Below, one piece after another: positions 33,912-43,678 of a stretch of DNA of 64,000 nt. Origin of the DNA: Escherichia phage vB_EcoM_G2285; sequence record MK327933.1, one strand, 5' to 3'. The position numbers and the translations under genes are program-made. Below the pieces are notes generated by a model that saw nothing but the letters and a program-made list of their open reading frames with translations, was not told the DNA's origin and searched no databases. Numbering within the stretch: the first letter of the stretch is position 1; the number at the start of each line of letters is the position of its first letter.

Positions 33912-34220
33912 TTACATAAGAAGCAAACGTTCTACCGGAGTACCATCAACCGAAATTACTTTATCAAGGCGGAAAGAACGCCACTGACCTAACTTGGTAT
34001 CGAATGCTCGAACTGATTCACGAGGTTCAGAACGAACTTCTGTTGCCGGATTGTTATTTTCATATTTGACTTCAAGTTCATCGCGGGAGGCAAACATCGT
34101 ACGAACATCACCGTTAGCCTTTTCAAATACAACACAATGAACGCCTACAGACAGAATAGTTTTAATACGTTCACGAAGAACCATAGTTTCTTGTTCAGTT
34201 AAAATCATATTATTCACCAC
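33912..34220 (-). CDS. Hypothetical protein (31.1-like)
   Basis: 102 aa ORF. Confidence 0.5.
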   Translation of the reverse strand: MVNNMILTEQETMVLRERIKTILSVGVHCVVFEKANGDVRTMFASRDELEVKYENNNPATEVRSEPRESVRAFDTKLGQWRSFRLDKVISVDGTPVERLLLM

Positions 34221-34791
34221 AAAAGTTTCGAATTTGTTCCCAATTCAGAGAACGAAGATTATTACGAGAGTACTGAATTACTTCAATACCAGCTTGTTTA
34301 AGAATGTCTGCCCAATTTTCAGGAGACCGGTCATATAATTCTGCATATACAACCTTTTTAATGCCTGACTGTGTGATAGCTTTAGTGCAATCAGGACATG
34401 GAGAAAGTGTCGTATACAACGTAGCACCTTCAATAGAATTACCTTTACGAGCTGCAAACAAAATTGCATTCAATTCAGCATGGATTTCGTTATTAGCAGA
34501 CCATACACTATGAGCAGCCCGATGTTCTTTAGCCAAAACAAAATTATCTGCCCGTCCAAATGCTGTAGTGCCTTCTTTATGTCCAGCAACGATGTCCGGG
34601 CTTGGTTTATTCTTCAACCAGCCGTTTTCGGATGCATGTTCGCAACAGTTTGTACCACCTGAAGGAGAGCCATTATAACCTGTAGAAATAATGCGTCCAT
34701 CTTTTTCAATGACGGCACCAACTTTCCATGAACAACATTTTGATTCTTGAGAAATCAAATAAGCAATTTGAAGATATGTGCTAGCTTTCAT
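34210..34791 (-). CDS. cd: dCMP deaminase (Cd)
   Basis: 193 aa; zinc-binding HAE and PCxxC motifs; T4 Cd-like. Confidence 0.9.
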   Translation of the reverse strand: MKASTYLQIAYLISQESKCCSWKVGAVIEKDGRIISTGYNGSPSGGTNCCEHASENGWLKNKPSPDIVAGHKEGTTAFGRADNFVLAKEHRAAHSVWSANNEIHAELNAILFAARKGNSIEGATLYTTLSPCPDCTKAITQSGIKKVVYAELYDRSPENWADILKQAGIEVIQYSRNNLRSLNWEQIRNFCGE

Positions 34792-35783
34792 TATTGAACC
34801 TTATTAATATAAGTTAACAGCTCTTTAGTTTGTTCCCAACTGATGCACGCATCGGTAACGGAAACGCCATAGGACATATTATCAGAAATTTTTTGATTTC
34901 CTTCATGTAGGAATGATTCTATCATAATTCCTTTGACCAAATCATTAGCTGCTAAATTTTTACCAATACCAATTTGATTGCTATAATGCCCAGCAGCGTT
35001 TGCATGGCTACAGTCAACCATTACATAATGATTCAGACCTACTGCACTTGCTTTGTTAGAAGCTTCTTGAATATCAGAAGAATGATAGTTCGGGCCGTTG
35101 GTCCCGCCACGCAATACGATATGCGTATTCTGATTACCTTCAGCTTCAACAATGCCTACAGTACCATCGACGTCCATACCCATATACCGATGAGGCCGGG
35201 CGGCACTATACATCGCGTCTGTAGCTACTTTAATAGAACCATTGGTCGCGTTCTTGAAGCCTACGCACATCGGTAGACCTGAAGCAATTTCACGATGTGT
35301 CTGACTTTCAGTCGTACGGGCGCCAATAGCAACCCATGAGAAAATACCAGAAAGATACTTAATCGTGAATGGGTCTAATACTTCAGTTGCTAACGGAAGT
35401 CCCATACGTAGAAGTTTACGACACAATGTTCGTGCAACTATAAGACCGTGGTTCATATCAAAACTTCCGTCAAGATATGGATCATTTACAAGACCTTTCC
35501 AACCTACGGTAGTTCGAGGCTTTTCAAAATAAACGCGCATCACTAACAGAACATTAGGAAGACGAGTTTGAAGTTCAGCCAGACGTTTGCCGTATTCAAC
35601 AGCAGCAATAGGGTCATGAATTGAACAAGGACCTACAACAATAAGTTTGCGTGGGTCTTCACCGTTCATAATCGAATTAACTTGTTCGCGATGAGAAGCC
35701 ACTTGTGATGCGTAAGCTTCCGACAAAGGAATAATCTCAGCCAGTTCTTTTGGAGAAATAAGTTTTCTGACGACAGGTAACAT
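34791..35783 (-). CDS. 3-deoxy-D-arabino-heptulosonate-7-phosphate (DAHP) synthase, class I (AroG/AroF-like)
   Basis: 330 aa; GPCSIHD, MRVYFEKPRTTVGWKGL, IGARTTESQ, GFKN, LRGG, CSHAN, EGNQ, TDACISWE motifs; stop overlaps the cd start (TAATG). Confidence 0.85.
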   Translation of the reverse strand: MLPVVRKLISPKELAEIIPLSEAYASQVASHREQVNSIMNGEDPRKLIVVGPCSIHDPIAAVEYGKRLAELQTRLPNVLLVMRVYFEKPRTTVGWKGLVNDPYLDGSFDMNHGLIVARTLCRKLLRMGLPLATEVLDPFTIKYLSGIFSWVAIGARTTESQTHREIASGLPMCVGFKNATNGSIKVATDAMYSAARPHRYMGMDVDGTVGIVEAEGNQNTHIVLRGGTNGPNYHSSDIQEASNKASAVGLNHYVMVDCSHANAAGHYSNQIGIGKNLAANDLVKGIMIESFLHEGNQKISDNMSYGVSVTDACISWEQTKELLTYINKVQ

Positions 35784-35791
35784 AACAATCC

Positions 35792-35980
35792 TTAGTAGAT
35801 ATAAACAGATTCTGATTCAACAATACCTTTAACCGGATTAGACAGGCTAAGTTGGTAGTACTCAGATTTATGACCATTCTCGATAGTAATGAGATAGCTC
35901 TCATTATAGTGTTCCGTATACTCGAGTTGCTTCAACAAGACCATCACTGCATAATTTAAGATTAGTAATTTGGTCACCAT
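35792..35980 (-). CDS. Hypothetical protein; overlaps previous ORF by 77 nt in the +1 frame
   Basis: 62 aa ORF; may be a separate gene or the frameshifted continuation of 35904..36140. Confidence 0.3.
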   Translation of the reverse strand: MVTKLLILNYAVMVLLKQLEYTEHYNESYLITIENGHKSEYYQLSLSNPVKGIVESESVYIY

Positions 35981-36140
35981 CTTTAGGATTAACGATTATG
36001 AGAAAAGAACGTGGAGATTCTTGAATAACTCGTAATGTTGCATCTTGGAAACGTTCAGACACTTTATTGATGAGTGCTTGAGCAAATTCTTTTACTTTAA
36101 TCTGAAATTCGTGTACTGTAATTGGGTTTTCACTTAGCAT
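35904..36140 (-). CDS. Hypothetical protein
   Basis: 78 aa ORF with early promoter upstream. Confidence 0.4.
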   Translation of the reverse strand: MLSENPITVHEFQIKVKEFAQALINKVSERFQDATLRVIQESPRSFLIIVNPKDGDQITNLKLCSDGLVEATRVYGTL

Positions 36141-36200
36141 TTCTATTTCCTCATTTGTTGGTAGAGTTATAGTATCACAACTCCACCATGTTGTAAACCA

Positions 36201-36482
36201 TTAAATTGCTTTGCATTCAATTTTTTGTGTACCGAAATTGATATCACATTGGATAACTAAATCGCCGTCAAGATCAAATACCACGATGACGTGTGCAGAC
36301 CCAGGGAGAAGAGTAATAGCAATAGAATCTACTTGGTCTGGGAGCAAAGCATTGAGTACATGAGTTAGTTGAGCATGAACTCTGAGTTCGGCCGCATTAT
36401 CAAGCACTTCAAACATATTATTAGCAATAATCTGACTGAAGACTACCTTTACAATTTCAGAATAAGTAGGGAACAGTTTCAT
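36201..36482 (-). CDS. Hypothetical protein (cd.x-like)
   Basis: 93 aa ORF. Confidence 0.45.
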   Translation of the reverse strand: MKLFPTYSEIVKVVFSQIIANNMFEVLDNAAELRVHAQLTHVLNALLPDQVDSIAITLLPGSAHVIVVFDLDGDLVIQCDINFGTQKIECKAI

Positions 36483-36489
36483 AATTACC

Positions 36490-36714
36490 TCAGTGTACAG
36501 TATTTACTTTAACTCGAACAACAAATCGCTCGGTTGGTTCACCTACAGGAACAAACTCTACATGATATTCGCCTTTGTAACGAGTATTCAGGTCGTTACG
36601 AATTTCGGTAAGCTTGTTGATTAATGTAGAACTCATATTAAGTCCCACTAGTTTACGAAGCATTTTGTATGCTTCATCTTCGATTTCATGATGTTTATCG
36701 TACATAGTTTTCAT
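36490..36714 (-). CDS. Hypothetical protein (cd.x-like)
   Basis: 74 aa ORF. Confidence 0.45.
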   Translation of the reverse strand: MKTMYDKHHEIEDEAYKMLRKLVGLNMSSTLINKLTEIRNDLNTRYKGEYHVEFVPVGEPTERFVVRVKVNTVH

Positions 36715-36886
36715 TTAACCATTCAATTGCCTGGTCGACGTTATCAAATATACCGCCGTCCAAACGTTCTTCATGCTCATAGTCCAGCACATCAATACCG
36801 AACTGTCCATTTACTAAAGGCCAGGCAACAAACAAATATTCTTTATGCTGTTCGATGGCCTCAATCACTTCATATAATCGTTTCAT
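36695..36886 (-). CDS. Hypothetical protein (cd.x-like)
   Basis: 63 aa ORF, ends adjacent to the pseT start. Confidence 0.45.
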   Translation of the reverse strand: MKRLYEVIEAIEQHKEYLFVAWPLVNGQFGIDVLDYEHEERLDGGIFDNVDQAIEWLNENYVR

Positions 36887-37973
<1,087 letters not shown>

Positions 37974-37974
<1 letters not shown>

Positions 37975-38273
37975 TATTTTATTCCTAAGAAAGTTTCAAG
38001 AATACGAATGTTATGCTCGCGCCGGTCTTTATTAATTTCAGCAACGTTTTTATTAATTGACGTACTTCTAACGTTTGAAGAAATAAATTTAATCATATGA
38101 CTTTTGAGTTGTTGCAAATCCAACCCTTTTTCTTTAGCAGCTTTACGAAGAGCTTTACCTGCTTCATCTAGTGCCTTTGCTGCATCTTTGTCATAATTGA
38201 CAAGTGACATTCCACGGCAGATATCAATATACTCATCAGACCGTTTGATGTAATTCTCTAGTAATGTTTTCAT
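37974..38273 (-). CDS. Hypothetical protein
   Basis: 99 aa ORF. Confidence 0.45.
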
Positions 38274-38300
38274 TTAGATTTCCTCAATTATCCATAGGAG

Positions 38301-38329
38301 CATTATACTCTGCTCCCGAGAGTTTGTAA
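38301..38329 (-). promoter_or_regulatory. Early sigma70-like promoter (TTTACA-N17-TATAAT)
   Basis: Consensus-like -35 and perfect -10 upstream of the 99-aa ORF. Confidence 0.45.
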
Positions 38330-38330
38330 A

Positions 38331-38555
38331 CTATTTTACTAAAGATTCAATATACTCATGAAGAGCTTTAGTCGCTACTGCCCACTTATTCTGATATTCA
38401 TTTTTCAGATTAGCACGAGACTGAACTAACAAGCGGTCATTAGTCGGAGGCAAAGATTCTAATCGTTGAATCTGTCGCCCATAAATCATAGCCGCCATTT
38501 CAGATTCATAGATAAGCCCTTTAACGTGTTCAAGCTGTTCTTTAGTCATTGGCAT
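38331..38555 (-). CDS. Hypothetical protein
   Basis: 74 aa ORF. Confidence 0.4.
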   Translation of the reverse strand: MPMTKEQLEHVKGLIYESEMAAMIYGRQIQRLESLPPTNDRLLVQSRANLKNEYQNKWAVATKALHEYIESLVK

Positions 38556-38836
38556 TTTTCCTCTTTTAAACCACTACGATAATAACATAACATAGTCTTC
38601 TGGTCATGTACATATCTTTTTACGTCGTTTAACCAGATACGAAATTCTTGAGAGTCTTCAAATGGCATTCCAACCCACGGATTACCATCAATAACCTTTA
38701 CTTGCCATTTCTGGTTGTATTCGGAAATAGGCGTAGGCCATGAAGGATGTAAAGTTTCTTTAGGGCTTACTGGCACATCCTGAGTACATCCAACTAGGAG
38801 ACCAATAGATAATACAACTGCGGTTAATTTAATCAT
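38546..38836 (-). CDS. Putative o-spanin (outer-membrane lipoprotein; pseT.2 position)
   Basis: 96 aa; signal peptide with lipobox LLVGC; adjacent to i-spanin-like ORF. Confidence 0.6.
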   Translation of the reverse strand: MIKLTAVVLSIGLLVGCTQDVPVSPKETLHPSWPTPISEYNQKWQVKVIDGNPWVGMPFEDSQEFRIWLNDVKRYVHDQKTMLCYYRSGLKEEKCQ

Positions 38837-39189
38837 TCTGAGAGCTTCCTGAGGTCTTCTGCAAAGGAATCGAAGGACCTGTTGATTTGTTTTTCAACCA
38901 ATCCTGGTTTACTTGCCACCACGTTCTTCTTCTTCGAATCCTTACGGAGCTTTTCATTTTCGGCCTTAAGTTGGTCAACTAAAACACGGTTCTTATAAGT
39001 CATTTCTTCGATTGACTGATATTGAACCTTGAAGTCGTCTAATACTTTAGCATTGTTTTTAGCAGTCTCTTTAACAGAAGCCAATTCAGTATTCAGCGAA
39101 TCGACTTTATGGTTCAGAAATGCTATTGTTACAGTAGCAACAACCGCAAAAGCTGCCACTACAATATATGATGCATTTACTTTAAGCAT
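38833..39189 (-). CDS. Putative i-spanin (N-terminal transmembrane helix plus coiled coil; pseT.3 position)
   Basis: 118 aa; hydrophobic N-terminal helix followed by charged coiled-coil-like region. Confidence 0.6.
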   Translation of the reverse strand: MLKVNASYIVVAAFAVVATVTIAFLNHKVDSLNTELASVKETAKNNAKVLDDFKVQYQSIEEMTYKNRVLVDQLKAENEKLRKDSKKKNVVASKPGLVEKQINRSFDSFAEDLRKLSE

Positions 39190-39677
39190 GTTTGAATAAT
39201 CTCAATGATTTCGTCTCGGGATAATCCATTGATAAGAACGGTTTTCAAACCATCACACTGGATTTTGTACGATTCAAACAATACACACAACTCTTCTGCT
39301 GTATGATACGGACTTGAAATTCCGAGGCGGTTGAATTTGTCGGTAAGAGGGTCGCAAATAATGTAGAATTTTATACCTGCGATATGTACGTTTGGTTGAC
39401 TAATATTAATGAACACATTAGCGTCATATTTAGTCAAATTGTTTTGAAGAAATTCTACCATGGCATTAACTGCTTCCGGCATAGCTTCGCGTTTCTCTTC
39501 AGCGTATCGGGTGGAATACTCTTTTTGTTTTACTTTCTTTTTAAGATTTTTGGCCAGTGTAACACGTAGGTCAGTAAGATAACCAACTGCACGTCCTTTC
39601 TTAAAGACCCGGATTCCGTCAGTTGTGTCTCCAAAAGCGGTTACGACCATATCGTTAGTAATCAATTGCATATTCAT
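39177..39677 (-). CDS. alc: Alc-like protein (start placed at internal MNMQL)
   Basis: Position between the spanin pair and rnlA as in T4; internal start gives about 166 aa. Confidence 0.5.
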   Translation of the reverse strand: MNMQLITNDMVVTAFGDTTDGIRVFKKGRAVGYLTDLRVTLAKNLKKKVKQKEYSTRYAEEKREAMPEAVNAMVEFLQNNLTKYDANVFINISQPNVHIAGIKFYIICDPLTDKFNRLGISSPYHTAEELCVLFESYKIQCDGLKTVLINGLSRDEIIEIIQTCLK

Positions 39678-39739
39678 AATTTTCTCCTCGTGTTGTTGAT
39701 AAAAGCCATAGTAACACCATCCTTGGTGTTTGTAAACCA

Positions 39740-40873
<1,134 letters not shown>

Positions 40874-40891
40874 TCAGTTAGTTTTTTTTAA

Positions 40892-40920
40892 ATTGTACCA
40901 CAATCCTTGTGGTATGTAAA
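40892..40920 (-). promoter_or_regulatory. Early sigma70-like promoter (TTTACA-N17-TACAAT) upstream of rnlA
   Basis: Promoter-like hexamers before the rnlA start. Confidence 0.4.
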
Positions 40921-41331
40921 CTACTTTTTCTTATGTTGGATATTCCAAGGCGGGTTGAACTTTTTGATAAAAAGCGGTTCTTCAAGGTCCATTGTTGCGA
41001 TGGTCATTGAACCAAGTTCGTTGGTGACTGAAAGGTCAAAACATTGGCGGGCCCAGAATTCAACCTTTTTGCCTTGCATTAAGGCATCCAAAATCATAAG
41101 TGATTTTCTTGAATCTGAAGTCTGGTCTTTTCGATTTATGGCTGTTCGATAATAGTTAATGCGTTTCTTTAAATTCTTGGTTTTACCAATATACACAAGT
41201 TCGTCATCTATAGCAATAGCATATATGACATTTTTCTTATTAGGGACATCGACTGTTTTAATTGTTGCATCTTCTAATAGCTCCAATTCCGTATATTTAA
41301 TAAAGGAATATTCGGCGGCGATATCTTTCAT
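40921..41331 (-). CDS. denA: Endonuclease II (DenA), GIY-YIG family
   Basis: 136 aa; GIY-YIG-like IYAIAIDDELVYIGKT. Confidence 0.85.
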   Translation of the reverse strand: MKDIAAEYSFIKYTELELLEDATIKTVDVPNKKNVIYAIAIDDELVYIGKTKNLKKRINYYRTAINRKDQTSDSRKSLMILDALMQGKKVEFWARQCFDLSVTNELGSMTIATMDLEEPLFIKKFNPPWNIQHKKK

Positions 41332-41339
41332 AATAAAGT

Positions 41340-41353
41340 GGGACCGAAGTCCC
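41340..41353 (-). terminator. Hairpin GGGAC-ttcg-GTCCC downstream of nrdB exon 2
   Basis: UUCG tetraloop hairpin between the nrdB stop and denA start. Confidence 0.45.
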
Positions 41354-41357
41354 GTCC

Positions 41358-41860
41358 TTAGAAATATTTTTTGTACGAATTGATTACATTTTGGTCTACA
41401 TCATTATCAATTTGTGCGACAAGATAAGAACTGATTTCAACTTCTTGTGGGGCTGCTTGAACCAAATCAGAGTTCAAATACTCACGAATCCATGGAATAG
41501 GATGACGAGTTGATACGTCTTTAAGAGGACATGGCAGACCACAACTACGCATACGAGACACGGTAAGATAATCCACAAATTCACTTAGGATTTTAACATT
41601 TAGACCTGGAAGAGCACCATCTTTAAACAAGTGTTCAGCCCATTCTTTTTCTTGAGCGTTAACTTCCATGAAAATATCAACTGCTTCTTGTTCACACTCT
41701 TGAGCAATTTTGACCCATTCATCACCGTCTTCGCCATCTTGTAAAGCACGAATAATATATTGAGTGCCCTTGAGGTGGAGCTGTTCATCACGAGCAATGA
41801 ACTTCATAATCTTGGCATTACCTTCCATGATTTCCATATTCTTGTGGAAGTTAAAGGTAC
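41358..41860 (-). CDS. nrdB: Ribonucleotide reductase small subunit NrdB, exon 2
   Basis: Continuation ...TFNFHKNMEIMEGNAKIMKFIARDE...; 3' splice site after an omega G; exon lengths sum to 393 codons. Confidence 0.7.
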
Positions 41861-42949
41861 CGTATGTTCGATTGAGCTCGCTAATTCTCAACCCGTTCTC
41901 TTATGAACTGCTGCATGTTACCATGCAGTCCAGACTATATCACAATCCCGGAGGGATTCTCCCCATTTCGAGTCGCTTGACCCTACGTCCGAAGACTAGT
42001 CGTTGAACCTTGTTTTGCAATTGTCGCCGTGCCATCGTTTATATGTTGATGGTGATAAATCTTTCTTATCACAATATGGACAATTCAATTGAATTCTATT
42101 TGGATTTAATTTACATCTGTCATTATGTTTTAGATAAAATCCAGGACCTTTACCAATGTGACCACAGAAATCACATGTGATTTCTTTTTGTGCAGGATGG
42201 GTCCCGTTCTTAACCATTTCTAATGTTTTTGCTGATGTTCTTTTCTTATGGTCTTCTGATAAGAAATGATGTGAACCGTCATTTACCCGTTTTGATTGAG
42301 TTTCTGACTGCATTTTACCACCGCAAAATACATGAGTACCTTCTTTTATAGCTGCAATATTGCGTTCTTTAACTTTTGCAATATGCTCAGCTTGTTGAAA
42401 ATTATGTATACCTAATGCAACTCTATTTAAATTAGATTTACGCTGTATTTCACCATCTAAAAGATGAAATGTACCATTTTCTATCTTAGATTTAATAGAG
42501 GCAATATTTTTAGCTCGTACTTCAGGGATATTAAAAATCTGGATTTCTCTAGATTTTGCGGCTTTAGAAGCTAATTCAGAAATTTCTTCAGGAGAATATT
42601 TCATTCTAAGCTTTATAGCATGACAAGCCTGGTAATCTTTTTGAGCTAAATGTATATCATAATGTTCCTGTATAGAAAGGCACATCAAATTATCTAAATC
42701 ATTATTTTCACGGTTACCGTCTTTATGATGCATTTCGTATGTTCTTCCATCAGAATCTTTAGGTATAGGTCCGTTAGCATCTATCCAAATTTTTCTATAG
42801 TTCAATTGTGCATCCTCTTAAAAGTATAATCATATTTATATTATACTAATTAAAGGTGCAAGCAAAACCTTGGCTGCTAGTTTTCCATAAAGGACTTTCC
42901 AGCAATTAAAGGAGTTTTCGATAAACGTTACCGTTTAAAGGCGCATTTT
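41861..42949 (-). mobile_element. Group I self-splicing intron in nrdB, carrying I-TevIII (1089 nt)
   Basis: Interrupts the conserved NrdB motif FYVSFA|C; 5' exon ends in U, intron begins UAA and ends in G; boundaries inferred by hand. Confidence 0.7.
41996..42805 (-). CDS. I-TevIII HNH homing endonuclease (intact, 269 aa)
   Basis: HNH motif HHKDGNRENNDLDNL plus C-terminal Cys-rich zinc-finger-like region; within the nrdB intron. Confidence 0.85.
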   Translation of the reverse strand: MNYRKIWIDANGPIPKDSDGRTYEMHHKDGNRENNDLDNLMCLSIQEHYDIHLAQKDYQACHAIKLRMKYSPEEISELASKAAKSREIQIFNIPEVRAKNIASIKSKIENGTFHLLDGEIQRKSNLNRVALGIHNFQQAEHIAKVKERNIAAIKEGTHVFCGGKMQSETQSKRVNDGSHHFLSEDHKKRTSAKTLEMVKNGTHPAQKEITCDFCGHIGKGPGFYLKHNDRCKLNPNRIQLNCPYCDKKDLSPSTYKRWHGDNCKTRFND

Positions 42950-43625
42950 ACGCAAAAGATACATAAAAACGAATAGCTTCCAATGCGTTGATTACATGGA
43001 GGCAAAGGTAAAGAGATTTCATTAAAGCACGTTTAGCTTCGGCTTCTTGTTTAATAGCTCGGTTTAAACGAAAGACGGCATCAGGAGATTCTTTAGCTAG
43101 TTCTACAAATTCTTTAGCGTTTTCCCAATAACGAGCTTTAACCAGAACATCATCATAATATCGTCCGATAGATTCGGCACGCTTCATAATAGCTTCATCT
43201 AATACAATCTCATCAAACACCTTCGATGGATCTGTATAAAGATTTCGCATAATATGAGTATATGAACGAGAGTGAATAGTTTCACTGAAAGTCCATGTAG
43301 CAACCCATGTATCTAATGAAGGGTCTGAAAGCAATGACATAAGTACCGCAGATGGTGCTCTACCTTGGATAGAATCTAATAATGATTGATACTTAAGGTT
43401 GTTGGTAAAGATGTCCTGTTGGAACTGTGGAAGCTTATTAAACTGGGCCGAATCCAACATCAAGTTTACTTCCTCGGGACGCCAAAAGAACGAGAGCTGC
43501 CGCTCAATGAGTTCTTCAAATACTCGATGTCGTTGAATATCATATCGAGCTAAACCTAATCCAGAACCAAAGAACATCGGTTCATTCAAAACATTGACTT
43601 GTTGTGTGTTAAAAACTGTACTCAT
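42950..43625 (-). CDS. nrdB: Ribonucleotide reductase small subunit NrdB, exon 1
   Basis: 225 codons ending ...ALEAIRFYVSFA; the apparent stop is the UAA that begins the intron. Confidence 0.75.
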
Positions 43626-43678
43626 TATATTTTCTCACTTAGTTTAACTCATCCATGAGTAAATTATAATCAAAAGTC

